DNA of 62,701 nt, from positions 1 through 62,701 of the forward strand of contig JBAYWE010000005.1 of NCBI GenBank assembly GCA_041674185.1. The letters run 5' to 3'. The notes beneath the pieces were generated by a model that made no database searches, was not told the DNA's origin, and saw nothing but the letters and a program-made list of their open reading frames with translations. Both the position numbers and the translations under genes were made by a program. Positions 10,384 through 19,679 of the stretch are shown piece after piece. Source of the stretch: Minisyncoccota bacterium. GTDB lineage: Bacteria > Patescibacteriota > Minisyncoccia > UBA6257 > JAGOQP01. Position 1 is the stretch's first letter; the number at the start of each line of letters is the position of its first letter.

Positions 10384-10953
10384 TTATGGAAGTTGATAAT
10401 AACTCGTTACGACAAACGACGCATTTAATTTCTGTAAATCAGTTCCTTCAGTAGTATTACGTTCAAGATGAATTTTATTTGCATCAAGGACAAGTAAATT
10501 ATTTTCTAATTGTCCAAACATAAGTTTAAAATCATTATATCCCCCTTCCGCTTTTACGGTAGTTTCTACAACCCCAATTCCTTGCAACGCTTTATGGAGA
10601 GGAGTACGGGCAGGTTGTACCTGACTTGAAGTTTCTAGAATAACCACTCGATTCAGACGAGCAAATCCAGAAAGCTGAGCAACTACCTGACTCACATCCA
10701 CACTCATAGGCAAAACTCGATTTGCAATATCGCGCACTTGGGTCACATCTTGACCAGCCTTTATAATCGTTTTTAATTGATCTGTAGAATTTTGATATTT
10801 AAGCAACGATTCTCGTTTACTAAATAATTCAGAGCGCAATATATTCACTGCAGAATAAGAAGGCTTAATAAATGATGAATAGGTAAACGCCGCCGCAACA
10901 AGAAAAAGGAATGCGAGAATAATAAATAAAATACGTTTATTAAGTGGATTCAT
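10384..10953 (-). CDS. PilO-like pilus assembly protein
   Basis: 189 aa: N-terminal TM, then coiled-coil, then a globular domain. Assigned from position after the pilM/pilN-like genes. Confidence 0.5.
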   Translation of the reverse strand: MNPLNKRILFIILAFLFLVAAAFTYSSFIKPSYSAVNILRSELFSKRESLLKYQNSTDQLKTIIKAGQDVTQVRDIANRVLPMSVDVSQVVAQLSGFARLNRVVILETSSQVQPARTPLHKALQGIGVVETTVKAEGGYNDFKLMFGQLENNLLVLDANKIHLERNTTEGTDLQKLNASFVVTSYYQLP

Positions 10954-10958
10954 ATATT

Positions 10959-11546
10959 TTATTGACTTTTAGTAGTTGTTGCGGAAGAAGCTGTCGACAA
11001 CCATCCTGTTTTTGCTTCCATGCGAACTGAAAAAACAAATCCCCCGCCATTTTTTACGTCCTGTTTTTTTGAAGAAATCAAGACTGCTTGCTTAATATTT
11101 TCATCACCTTGTATGGTTGCTACTTGCAAAACCACAGTATCAAAATCAGAAGTAACTGCATCAAATTTTATTACTGATTTTTGAATGTCTACATCCATAC
11201 TCATAATACGAACGGTCGGTAATATACGTTTTTCTAAAAAGGTAAACACCCGCGAAGGATACGTGTGAGTCTCGTATAAATTACTAATATTATACAATTG
11301 TGAATAGAGACGAACCATATCTTTCTGTTCCCCATCTTTCACATTTTTAGAAAGAGTTAGTGTATCTGCATCAACTTTCTGAATTTCATTCGTAAGATAT
11401 GGTGTATATCCAAAATCCATTCCAACATAAATAACCACACACAATATAAATAACACACCAGAAATAATAAGTAACCGCCACGGAGCTCCCGTAGATGTCT
11501 TTGACTTTGATCCTCCCGCGGAAACATTTGGATTATAGTTCAACAT
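10959..11546 (-). CDS. PilN-like pilus assembly protein
   Basis: 195 aa, single TM after a short cytoplasmic N-terminus, immediately downstream of pilM. Confidence 0.5.
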   Translation of the reverse strand: MLNYNPNVSAGGSKSKTSTGAPWRLLIISGVLFILCVVIYVGMDFGYTPYLTNEIQKVDADTLTLSKNVKDGEQKDMVRLYSQLYNISNLYETHTYPSRVFTFLEKRILPTVRIMSMDVDIQKSVIKFDAVTSDFDTVVLQVATIQGDENIKQAVLISSKKQDVKNGGGFVFSVRMEAKTGWLSTASSATTTKSQ

Positions 11547-11575
11547 GAAAATATAAAATGAAATAATTGAATCCG

Positions 11576-12658
11576 TTACATAAATCCTTTTATAGCGAGT
11601 CCCACCGCAAGCGCAAATCGAGTCTGTAGTTCCCGTTCAACAACAGCAAGATGTTGTGGAGCAGGGGCAAACAGCAACCCATTTCCTAACATAGTAGGAA
11701 GTGCAATCTTCTTTTCTGTATAATTTTCTATCCCCATAAGATTAGCTCCTCCTCCAATAAGCAGACACCGTTCAATCTTAGTACCATGTAATCGCTCACA
11801 TTCAACGCGAGCCTTTTCTACTTCATGTAGTATAACATCAATGAAAGGAATTTCCAATGTGGATAACTCATATTCTCCCCTTCCTCCCATAAGTCCTTTC
11901 TGTTTTTTTAATTCTTCAGCACGACGAAGTCCTACACCAAGCCCTCGCGCAACCGCATTCGTAAGAGTATCTCCTGCATAATCAATTTGTACATTTAGTT
12001 TTACGAACCCTTGATCAAGAGCTGTAATGTTAGTGCATCGCGCACCAATATCTACAATTAACGTAGGAGTAACATCTGATCCTACAATAGAACGAGCATA
12101 GGCAAGTGGCTCAACCTCAAGCGCATGTAATGATAACCCCGCATGTTTAAAAATGCGACGATATCGTTCTATGGTTTCATTAGGAATAGCGACAAGAAGA
12201 ATATATTGTTTGATAAATCCATTATCATCTTCTTTTTGACCCACCCGAATCCAATCAACCGCAATATCAGAAAGAGGAAGTGGAATATGTTGACGAATTT
12301 GATATGACATCGCTTTTGCTGTTTCTTCATCATTCATAGAAGGAATTTCAAGTACGGTAATAAACGAAGAAAAAGTAGGGACCGAAGCAACCGCGCGTGT
12401 TGTAGAAAATTTCCCTTGCTTCATAAGAGTCGCAAGCATATGTGCCGTCTCTTGCTCCGATAATTTTAAATCATTTGCCTGAATGACATTGTTAGCACGT
12501 TCAAAATGTCCAAAACTCTCCAGTAAAGCATAATTCTTAAGCGAGACATGATCACCTGATCGAGTAAGCTCCGCAATTTTAATAGACGTTGTTCCAATAT
12601 CACATCCTAAAAACGAAGTTGGTTTAAAAAATTTCTTCTTAAGAACATCAAAAAACAT
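11576..12658 (-). CDS. pilM: Type IV pilus assembly protein PilM (actin-like ATPase fold)
   Basis: 360 aa. FLGCDIGTTSIKIAEL phosphate-1 motif and LIGGGANL. Confidence 0.8.
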   Translation of the reverse strand: MFFDVLKKKFFKPTSFLGCDIGTTSIKIAELTRSGDHVSLKNYALLESFGHFERANNVIQANDLKLSEQETAHMLATLMKQGKFSTTRAVASVPTFSSFITVLEIPSMNDEETAKAMSYQIRQHIPLPLSDIAVDWIRVGQKEDDNGFIKQYILLVAIPNETIERYRRIFKHAGLSLHALEVEPLAYARSIVGSDVTPTLIVDIGARCTNITALDQGFVKLNVQIDYAGDTLTNAVARGLGVGLRRAEELKKQKGLMGGRGEYELSTLEIPFIDVILHEVEKARVECERLHGTKIERCLLIGGGANLMGIENYTEKKIALPTMLGNGLLFAPAPQHLAVVERELQTRFALAVGLAIKGFM

Positions 12659-12900
12659 AAATCAATAAATATATAGTAATTAAGTATTACATATCCAAGA
12701 ACTTCCCCTTATTGAGGGCACAATACCAATTTCTTATCTATACCTCCTATAGTATAACGTATTTTTTTATTTTAAAATAGAGGAGTATAAATATAAATTT
12801 CAAATATCTAATTTCCACTTAATGTTACACATCAAAATTTTTAAACATTATGTCATTAAAAATCAATTGGAAATTAAGCATCTCGTGTGTCATATAAAAT

Positions 12901-13623
12901 ATGTACATCTTTATACAAAAAATAGTATCAATTAAAAATATTATATATCAACATGCGCTAAACATTCTCTTCCCTCCTGTATGTGTTGCCTGTTTAGCTA
13001 TCATAAAAGATCAACGCACATATATCTGTCCCCCTTGTTTTGATAAAATCAGCATCCATACCACCCATACCTGTCCCGCATGTGGAAAAAGAAAGGCAGG
13101 AAAAGATCCCTGTCATAAAACTCCCTATACACTCGCGGCGGCATGTCACTATCACGAACCCATACCAGAACTTATACACTATTTTAAATACAAAAAGTTA
13201 GAAGCGATACACCTTATATTATCAGCCCTTCTTATTGTACACGCACAAAAGACCGTACCTCACATACAATCATATTGTGTTTCATATATCCCCCTCCACC
13301 CTCGCAAAGAACGCGAAAGAGGATTTAACCAATCACGCATACTTGCACAAACAGTTGCAGACTATTTTCACATTCCTTGTATAGCTCTTTTAAAACGAAA
13401 AAAATACACACAATCACAAACAAAACAAAAAGGATACACAGAACGACATAACAATATACAACATTGTTTCGTCTGTATAGATTCAAAAAATATAACTGGA
13501 AAGAATATTATTATAGTGGACGATGTGTGCACCTCAGGAGCAACGTTATATGAAGCAACAAAAACGATACGATTGTATCATCCTCGTCACATCATAGGAC
13601 TGGTCGTTGCAAAAGTTGAATAA
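12901..13623 (+). CDS. comFC: ComF family phosphoribosyltransferase-domain competence protein
   Basis: 240 aa. N-terminal double CxxC zinc ribbon (CVAC...CPPC, CPAC). PRTase motif IIIVDDVCTSGATL. Confidence 0.8.
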   Translation: MYIFIQKIVSIKNIIYQHALNILFPPVCVACLAIIKDQRTYICPPCFDKISIHTTHTCPACGKRKAGKDPCHKTPYTLAAACHYHEPIPELIHYFKYKKLEAIHLILSALLIVHAQKTVPHIQSYCVSYIPLHPRKERERGFNQSRILAQTVADYFHIPCIALLKRKKYTQSQTKQKGYTERHNNIQHCFVCIDSKNITGKNIIIVDDVCTSGATLYEATKTIRLYHPRHIIGLVVAKVE

Positions 13624-13630
13624 CACACAT

Positions 13631-13662
13631 AAAAATTCTCCCCGTGCATAGGGAGAATTTTT
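13631..13662. terminator. Bidirectional terminator hairpin between convergent genes
   Basis: aaaaattctccc / gggagaattttt, 12-bp stem with A/T runs on both sides. Confidence 0.6.
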
Positions 13663-13682
13663 ATTTTATAAGTCTTTTTTCT

Positions 13683-16232
13683 CTATTGAACTAAACCATA
13701 TTTTCGAAGCAATCCATTTATGTATGAGTTTTGTGTTATATCAAACATTGATGCTTGTATTTGGGATGTAGCGGTAGGAATAGAGGGAATGACGGGAGTA
13801 AGAGGAATGGTGAAGGAATTACATCTTACATATTCATGAGTATGATCATCAAAATAAGACCACATTCTTCGAGGAGTTCCATCAATATTATTTTTTGAAT
13901 CCTGATCGCCTACTCCAGGCACATACCAATCAGACCATCCTCCGTTAAACCATTGAATTCTATATTTGAGTATCTCGGGATGAGAAGAGGTATCCATACC
14001 AAGTTTTTCAAATGGCCCCATTCCACCAGGATTACCAAGTGGACCCTCGGAGATAGTTTGTTGTGTTCCAGAACACGTACGATCTGGTGTAACAACGGTG
14101 GAACCAATTACAGTAACGGTAAAAGAAGTTTCAGCACTACCGCCTCGACAATCGCTTGCTCCCACTTTCACCAAATATGTTCCAGCTGTATTCCATGTAT
14201 GATTTGTACTATACGTCCAACCCTGTTTACGTTGTGGATTTTCAACTGGACAAGCCATGCCGCCCGCATTGAAGTCACCCCAATTATAACTCCACGCGAT
14301 ATCATCATTATCAGGATCTGTAGCGCTGAAATTGAAGGTAACTATCTGGTTTGTATCCACTACAAGAGGAGAGGAATTATTTATAAAAACCCCATTTACA
14401 TAAACCCCTTGTATTGAAGGATCTTTATTTATAGAAGCACCTTCTCCCACCTTTACACTCAAACTTGTTTTTGCACTCTGACCAGCGTCATTTGTAACAG
14501 TAAATGTTATTGTATAGGTTCCTCCGTACGTGTAAACATGGGTAAACGTCGCCGATTGTTGAGACATAGCTGATACCGCTGCGCACGGAGCGCCAGAAAG
14601 ACATGTTTTGCGATATGCATCTCCCCAATCAACAGAATAAGATAAGTTGCCTCCTTCTAAATTATACGCATTCACATTCCACGTTCCTTGTTGATTTGTA
14701 GTAAGTGATTGCGGACCAGAAACACCAGAAATAACAGGATAATTAGTTGTTGAAGAAACAAACTTTCCATTTAAGCATTTATAACCAAAAGGAGGAGATA
14801 TGCCGAGAGCGCCCAATTTTCCATCTGAAGTAACAAACGCTTCATTTAACTGGTTATCTCCTGCGCAATGATCGTAATAAGTAGTAAAACTATCATTTGT
14901 TGGTTTGCAAGAAATGGGATTTGGTTCCGTCCCATAAAGACATGCACCTCCACCTACATAATCACCCTTACCCACACCAGCTATAAAAAGATCTGGGTTA
15001 TCTTTTAGATTTGGAGAAAAGCTCTTATAGCTATAATAAGAAGGACTATTGTCTGAATCAGTTGCTTTTATCATTGGAGTAGTTGTCGAAGAAGTAATGG
15101 TAAATGAACCATCTGCCCTATCATGATATTTATCAATAACTCTTCTTACTGCAAGTTTATATTCTCCTAAACTCATTCTGTCGGGATTTAAAGTAAAAGT
15201 TTGAATGCCATCATTTGGAGTAGATTCTGCAAGAGTGATCCATGGTCCCGCATCATGACTAGAATAAACCTTAACTATTTCAACTGATACATTCTCTCTT
15301 GATGAAATATTATTACTTCTCCATTTCACTGTAATAGAATCCCCCGCTTTATATGTCTCTCCATTTGGTGAAGTAACAGTAATAGAAGAAACAGAAGAAG
15401 TAACAGAATTAATTTCTACTGACTCAGGGATAATATATGAATATGGTTTACCATTAGAACCTTGAACATCAATTATTAAAGTTTTATCTCCCTTTCCATA
15501 CCAGTACGTTGTAGCGGGTTCTCCCGTTGATTTACAATAGAGGAATTTTTTTTCTTTCAGAACCACGGTATTCGGTTTATCACAATGATATGAAGTAACC
15601 GAACCATGAATTAATCGTATAGATTCAAACACTCCTCCAGTCTTATATACACCATAGTATACACCCACCCCCGATTCATCCGTTTTTAATTCTACTGTAG
15701 CACTCCCATCATACTGAAAAGAAAAATCGTTTGCCTTATATGTTTTAATTGACGGATTAATCGGTGTAACAGTACATCCATATACTGCATTAAGTTTCGC
15801 GCGTGTCAGAGGTCCCACGTATCCCGTTTGAATAATTCCATATTTCCCCTGAAATTGAACCACAGCCGCCGCAGTTGATTCACCAAACTGAGCCCCTCCT
15901 TTCTGTTCAGAATCATCAATAGAAAATCCTTCTTTTTCTAGAACAGTTTGCAGTGCTAACACATCGGCATCTTTCCCATCAGTACCAGTTGTTCCATCTC
16001 CTATGGTAAGATTTTTATTAAAATTAAAACAGAATGTTTCACTAGGAAGAGCTACCCGAGGAGCAGCAACATTTGAAACACTATTAGATGTACCAAGCTG
16101 TGCTTGTAAAGCTTGAACTTTTTGTATTAATTCCTGAATTTTCGACTGTATTTCCGGTTGTGTCATAGCGAGTGCCGGAAGAGACACCGCAAAAGATAAC
16201 ACAATAACCAAAGCACCTATATATTTTTTCAT
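13683..16232 (-). CDS. Large secreted protein with peptidoglycan-binding and PKD-like domains
   Basis: 849 aa. Signal peptide. PG_binding_1-like repeat (ALQTVLEKEGF...AAAVVQFQGKYGI...GYVGPLTRAKL). PKD-like motifs (DWGD...FTHVY..GTYTITFTVTND; NWGD...HTW..AGTYLVKV). Confidence 0.7.
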   Translation of the reverse strand: MKKYIGALVIVLSFAVSLPALAMTQPEIQSKIQELIQKVQALQAQLGTSNSVSNVAAPRVALPSETFCFNFNKNLTIGDGTTGTDGKDADVLALQTVLEKEGFSIDDSEQKGGAQFGESTAAAVVQFQGKYGIIQTGYVGPLTRAKLNAVYGCTVTPINPSIKTYKANDFSFQYDGSATVELKTDESGVGVYYGVYKTGGVFESIRLIHGSVTSYHCDKPNTVVLKEKKFLYCKSTGEPATTYWYGKGDKTLIIDVQGSNGKPYSYIIPESVEINSVTSSVSSITVTSPNGETYKAGDSITVKWRSNNISSRENVSVEIVKVYSSHDAGPWITLAESTPNDGIQTFTLNPDRMSLGEYKLAVRRVIDKYHDRADGSFTITSSTTTPMIKATDSDNSPSYYSYKSFSPNLKDNPDLFIAGVGKGDYVGGGACLYGTEPNPISCKPTNDSFTTYYDHCAGDNQLNEAFVTSDGKLGALGISPPFGYKCLNGKFVSSTTNYPVISGVSGPQSLTTNQQGTWNVNAYNLEGGNLSYSVDWGDAYRKTCLSGAPCAAVSAMSQQSATFTHVYTYGGTYTITFTVTNDAGQSAKTSLSVKVGEGASINKDPSIQGVYVNGVFINNSSPLVVDTNQIVTFNFSATDPDNDDIAWSYNWGDFNAGGMACPVENPQRKQGWTYSTNHTWNTAGTYLVKVGASDCRGGSAETSFTVTVIGSTVVTPDRTCSGTQQTISEGPLGNPGGMGPFEKLGMDTSSHPEILKYRIQWFNGGWSDWYVPGVGDQDSKNNIDGTPRRMWSYFDDHTHEYVRCNSFTIPLTPVIPSIPTATSQIQASMFDITQNSYINGLLRKYGLVQ

Positions 16233-16343
16233 ATAAAATATTATTAGTAATTAACTACACTATATCATACATAAATAGTAAAGGGGTGTGCATAAATATA
16301 TATAACAAAATAACCCTCTATAATGGGGCTATTTTGTTATATG

Positions 16344-16430
16344 CGGAAGGTAGAGGATTCGAACCTCTGAGACCCTTTCGGATCTACCGCATTTCAAGTG
16401 CGGCGCTTTCGACCACTCAGCCAACCTTCC
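16344..16430 (-). tRNA. tRNA-Ser (anticodon TGA)
   Basis: Manual fold: GGAAGGT acceptor, anticodon loop CTTGAAA, long variable arm, T-arm GAGGTTCGAATCCTC. No encoded CCA. Confidence 0.9.
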
Positions 16431-16502
16431 ATAAACAAATAATAATTGTTTTACCATTCTATGAGAAAAAGTGGTAAAAATCAATAATAATCAATTGAAA
16501 GA

Positions 16503-16577
16503 AATAAAAAAAGAGAGAGAACCTCAGGAACAATCATTAGGTGGGGGGAACTAATGACCATTTCAGAGAATTCTCTC
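16503..16577 (-). ncRNA. Candidate small structured RNA / terminator-like element with a C-rich apical loop
   Basis: Minus strand: outer stem GAGAGAA/TTCTCTC, inner stem TCATTAG/CTAATGA, loop uuccccccac, then a T-run. Lies between the murA terminator and tRNA-Ser. Confidence 0.25.
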
Positions 16578-16650
16578 AAAAAAATATCTAACAAAAAAAT
16601 GTGCTATTTCAATGAAGGTATAGTAGCACACCTATATATAAAGTCAAGTC

Positions 16651-18162
16651 CTATGCTATACCACTCAACACAGTAATTTTTGCTCCAATAGTATTCAAAC
16701 GATGCGCGATTTCTTCATATCCCCTGTTAATTGAATACACATTGCGTAACACCGATGTTCCTTTTGCCGCAAGCATCGCAATCAGAATAATCATAGCCGG
16801 ACGAAGCGCTGGAGGACAAACCACCTGCGCCGCCTTCAATGGAGTGGGACCCTGCACAAATGCACGATGCGGATCTGCAAGCGTTACTTTTGCTCCTAAT
16901 TTATTTAATTCAACAAAATAAATAGCGCGATTTTCCCACATCCAATCATGAATAAGAGTAGTCCCCACAGCCTGCGTCGCAATCGGAACAAAGAATGGTA
17001 AGTTATCAGTATTAATTCCTGGATAGGGCTGCGCGTGAATCTTATCTGCGGGCGCGCGTAATTTTGAGGGATACACGGTAATGTCTGCCAGTTTTGTTCT
17101 CCCATTTTTTGCAAAATAATTTTTGAGTATAGAATATTTCAATCCCATTTTTTCTAACTTCAACAATTCTAATTTTATAAATTCAATAGGGCATCGAGTT
17201 ACAGTGAGTTGCGAATTTGTTGTTATCGCCGCGCTCAAAAACATCATAGATTCAATCGGATCTTCACTATTCTCATATTCTACAGACATATTGATATGAG
17301 ACATACCGTGAACAATAAGCGTTGAAGTTCCAATTCCCTCTATCTGCACCCCCATTTTTTCCAAAAAGAAACACACGTCTTGCACTTGATAATTCGGCGT
17401 TGCAAATGAGATCGTCGTTTGCGCAGGAATACATGCCGCTGCAATTAATAAATTTTCTGTAGCAGTATCACTTGCCTCATATAACGTAATATCAGCTCCC
17501 TTTAATTTTCCGACCCGCACTTCATATTCATTTTCATGCGTAAGAATTTTTACTCCCAACGCTTCTAATCCATAGCGATGTGCCGCAATCGTGCGTTGCC
17601 CCATTTTACACCCTCCTGCGTGAGGAATATGGAATACTTTTTCGTGATGAATAAGTCCTCCAATAAGCATAAGTATAGAACGAATTTTTCCTGCCGCTTC
17701 ATGATCCAAACCCTTCATAAGTATTTTTTGAGGAGGGGTGATGCTGACACTATTTGGACCAATCCACTCAACGGCAAATCCAATGCTCTGTAAAACTTCA
17801 ATAAATCGATTCACCTCTTCTATGCGTGGAATACCATGCAAGGTTGTCTTCCCCTGATTAATGATCGCCGCAGACAACACTCCCAACGCTCCATTTTTTG
17901 ATGCATTCGTAACAATACTGCCGTGTAATTTTCTTCCTCCCTCAATTTGAAAATCAATGGAATCAGACATGGTAATAATTCTTCTCCCAAGAACATGGCT
18001 AATTTTTTCAAGTACTTGGGTTGTAAAATTTTGATTCCCCCCCTCCATGCGCGCTACCGCACTCTGTGAGGTATGTAATGATTTCGCAAATTCTCCTTGC
18101 GTCATACCACGCGCCTCACGAATTGATTTAATAAATAATCCTATTTTTTGTTGTTCGCTCAT
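16651..18162 (-). CDS. murA: UDP-N-acetylglucosamine 1-carboxyvinyltransferase fused to an N-terminal XRE-family HTH domain
   Basis: 503 aa. Residues about 1-65 read IKSIREARGMTQGEFAKSLHTSQSAVARMEGG (HTH_3). The rest aligns to MurA, including the catalytic Cys loop (HAGGCKMGQRT) and the C-terminal INRGYEEI motif. Confidence 0.85.
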   Translation of the reverse strand: MSEQQKIGLFIKSIREARGMTQGEFAKSLHTSQSAVARMEGGNQNFTTQVLEKISHVLGRRIITMSDSIDFQIEGGRKLHGSIVTNASKNGALGVLSAAIINQGKTTLHGIPRIEEVNRFIEVLQSIGFAVEWIGPNSVSITPPQKILMKGLDHEAAGKIRSILMLIGGLIHHEKVFHIPHAGGCKMGQRTIAAHRYGLEALGVKILTHENEYEVRVGKLKGADITLYEASDTATENLLIAAACIPAQTTISFATPNYQVQDVCFFLEKMGVQIEGIGTSTLIVHGMSHINMSVEYENSEDPIESMMFLSAAITTNSQLTVTRCPIEFIKLELLKLEKMGLKYSILKNYFAKNGRTKLADITVYPSKLRAPADKIHAQPYPGINTDNLPFFVPIATQAVGTTLIHDWMWENRAIYFVELNKLGAKVTLADPHRAFVQGPTPLKAAQVVCPPALRPAMIILIAMLAAKGTSVLRNVYSINRGYEEIAHRLNTIGAKITVLSGIA

Positions 18163-18200
18163 GTTTAAAAATTAAAAATTATAAAATTAAAAATTTCTAG

Positions 18201-18224
18201 CAGTATATCACATATGATATACTG
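18201..18224. promoter_or_regulatory. Inverted repeat cagtatatca-N4-tgatatactg in the divergent murA/murB intergenic region (candidate operator)
   Basis: 10-bp perfect arms read directly. Ends 6 bp before the murB ATG and begins 39 bp from the murA ATG. Confidence 0.4.
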
Positions 18225-18229
18225 TTGTC

Positions 18230-19255
18230 ATGATCGAGATTCAAGAACAAGTACCCCTCACCCCCTATACCACATTTCACATCGGAGGAAACGCGCAATA
18301 TTTTGGACGTATAAAAAAACAAGAAGAAATTCCTGCATATGTATCATTTGCAGAGAAACACCACATACCTATTCATATACTCGGCGGTGGATCAAATACT
18401 ATTTTTGGCAACACCACAATACAACAACTCATTCTGCATATGGAAGAATCGTACATTCGAATACTCCATACACATGAATCAGATGTGTATATTGAAGTAG
18501 GAGCAGGAACTCTGTGGGATGAAATAGTCGCGTGGACGACTGATCGCGCATATACAGGCATTGAAGCACTCTCAGCAATTCCTGGTACCGTGGGTGCTGC
18601 ACCCATACAAAACATCGGCGCATACGGACAAGAGATACAAGACACTCTCATAGAAGTATGCGCGTATGATACGAAAAACCATATATTTGTATGCATACCA
18701 AAAAGACTGTGCCAATTTGGATATCGCACAAGCATATTTAAAAAAGAAGTGCGAGGAAGATATATTATTACTTCAATTATGCTCAAGGTATCTACTTTGT
18801 TGAAAGGAGTACCCTCATATCCAGATATAGAAAACTATTTTAAACAAAATCCACTTATACTTCCCACGCCCACCAACGTACGCATCGCAGTACAAGAAAT
18901 TCGTAAAATAAAATTACCGGACCCACAAAAAATTCCAAACGCAGGGTCGTTCTTTAAAAATCCAATTATCACACAATCACAGGCAAATACGCTACAAGAA
19001 AAATACCCAACTCTAAAGGCATTCCCCGCTCACGAAGGAGCTGTGAAAATTTCCGCAGGGTGGCTCATAGAACAATGTGGATTGAAAGGAGCTACCATAG
19101 GATCCATTGGCATTTATGAAAAAAATGCGCTTATACTTACCAATACAGGAAAAGCTACTTATCGTGACGTAATACACGCAAAAGAAATCATCACTCAAAA
19201 AGTTTTTGAAATATTTCACATATCTCTTGAGATGGAACCAGATTGTATTATATAA
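18230..19255 (+). CDS. murB: UDP-N-acetylenolpyruvoylglucosamine reductase
   Basis: 341 aa. FAD-binding N-terminus (TTFHIGGNAQYF, ILGGGSN). C-terminal MurB domain (AGSFFKNP, SAGWLIEQCGLKG). Confidence 0.9.
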   Translation: MIEIQEQVPLTPYTTFHIGGNAQYFGRIKKQEEIPAYVSFAEKHHIPIHILGGGSNTIFGNTTIQQLILHMEESYIRILHTHESDVYIEVGAGTLWDEIVAWTTDRAYTGIEALSAIPGTVGAAPIQNIGAYGQEIQDTLIEVCAYDTKNHIFVCIPKRLCQFGYRTSIFKKEVRGRYIITSIMLKVSTLLKGVPSYPDIENYFKQNPLILPTPTNVRIAVQEIRKIKLPDPQKIPNAGSFFKNPIITQSQANTLQEKYPTLKAFPAHEGAVKISAGWLIEQCGLKGATIGSIGIYEKNALILTNTGKATYRDVIHAKEIITQKVFEIFHISLEMEPDCII

Positions 19256-19286
19256 AAAAATAAAATTTAAAATTGGAATGAATAAC

Positions 19287-19676
19287 CTATTGAAAATCAA
19301 CAGAAAAAGTATACATACCCATAGAACATAATCCACGAAGAGTTGTTCCTGCCTTCTGGGGAAGAAGATCAATGTCGGTCGTACCAGAAGGAGGAAGATT
19401 TTTTTTATATCCTATACTGGGAATAGTGAGCGCCGATGAACAATCAAATGTACCCCTTGTTATCACACGGAGGATAGCAGGAATATCAGCGCGAGCAACA
19501 CTCGTGCGAGGAGAATAACCCCCTTTTGCAGTAATAGTAATTATTTGTTTTCCATCAACCATAGATACAGTGTCTAATGGCACTTGAGGAGAAGATGGAG
19601 AACTCTTCTGAATAAGAAATATGGTCCCCCCAATAATAATAGCCGCAATAAGTATCGCAATAACAATAAATTTCAT
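19287..19676 (-). CDS. Secreted cupredoxin-like domain protein
   Basis: 129 aa with an N-terminal TM/signal. Its size and pairing with the HMA-membrane protein resemble cupredoxin_1-type partners. Confidence 0.45.
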   Translation of the reverse strand: MKFIVIAILIAAIIIGGTIFLIQKSSPSSPQVPLDTVSMVDGKQIITITAKGGYSPRTSVARADIPAILRVITRGTFDCSSALTIPSIGYKKNLPPSGTTDIDLLPQKAGTTLRGLCSMGMYTFSVDFQ

Positions 19677-19679
19677 ATA

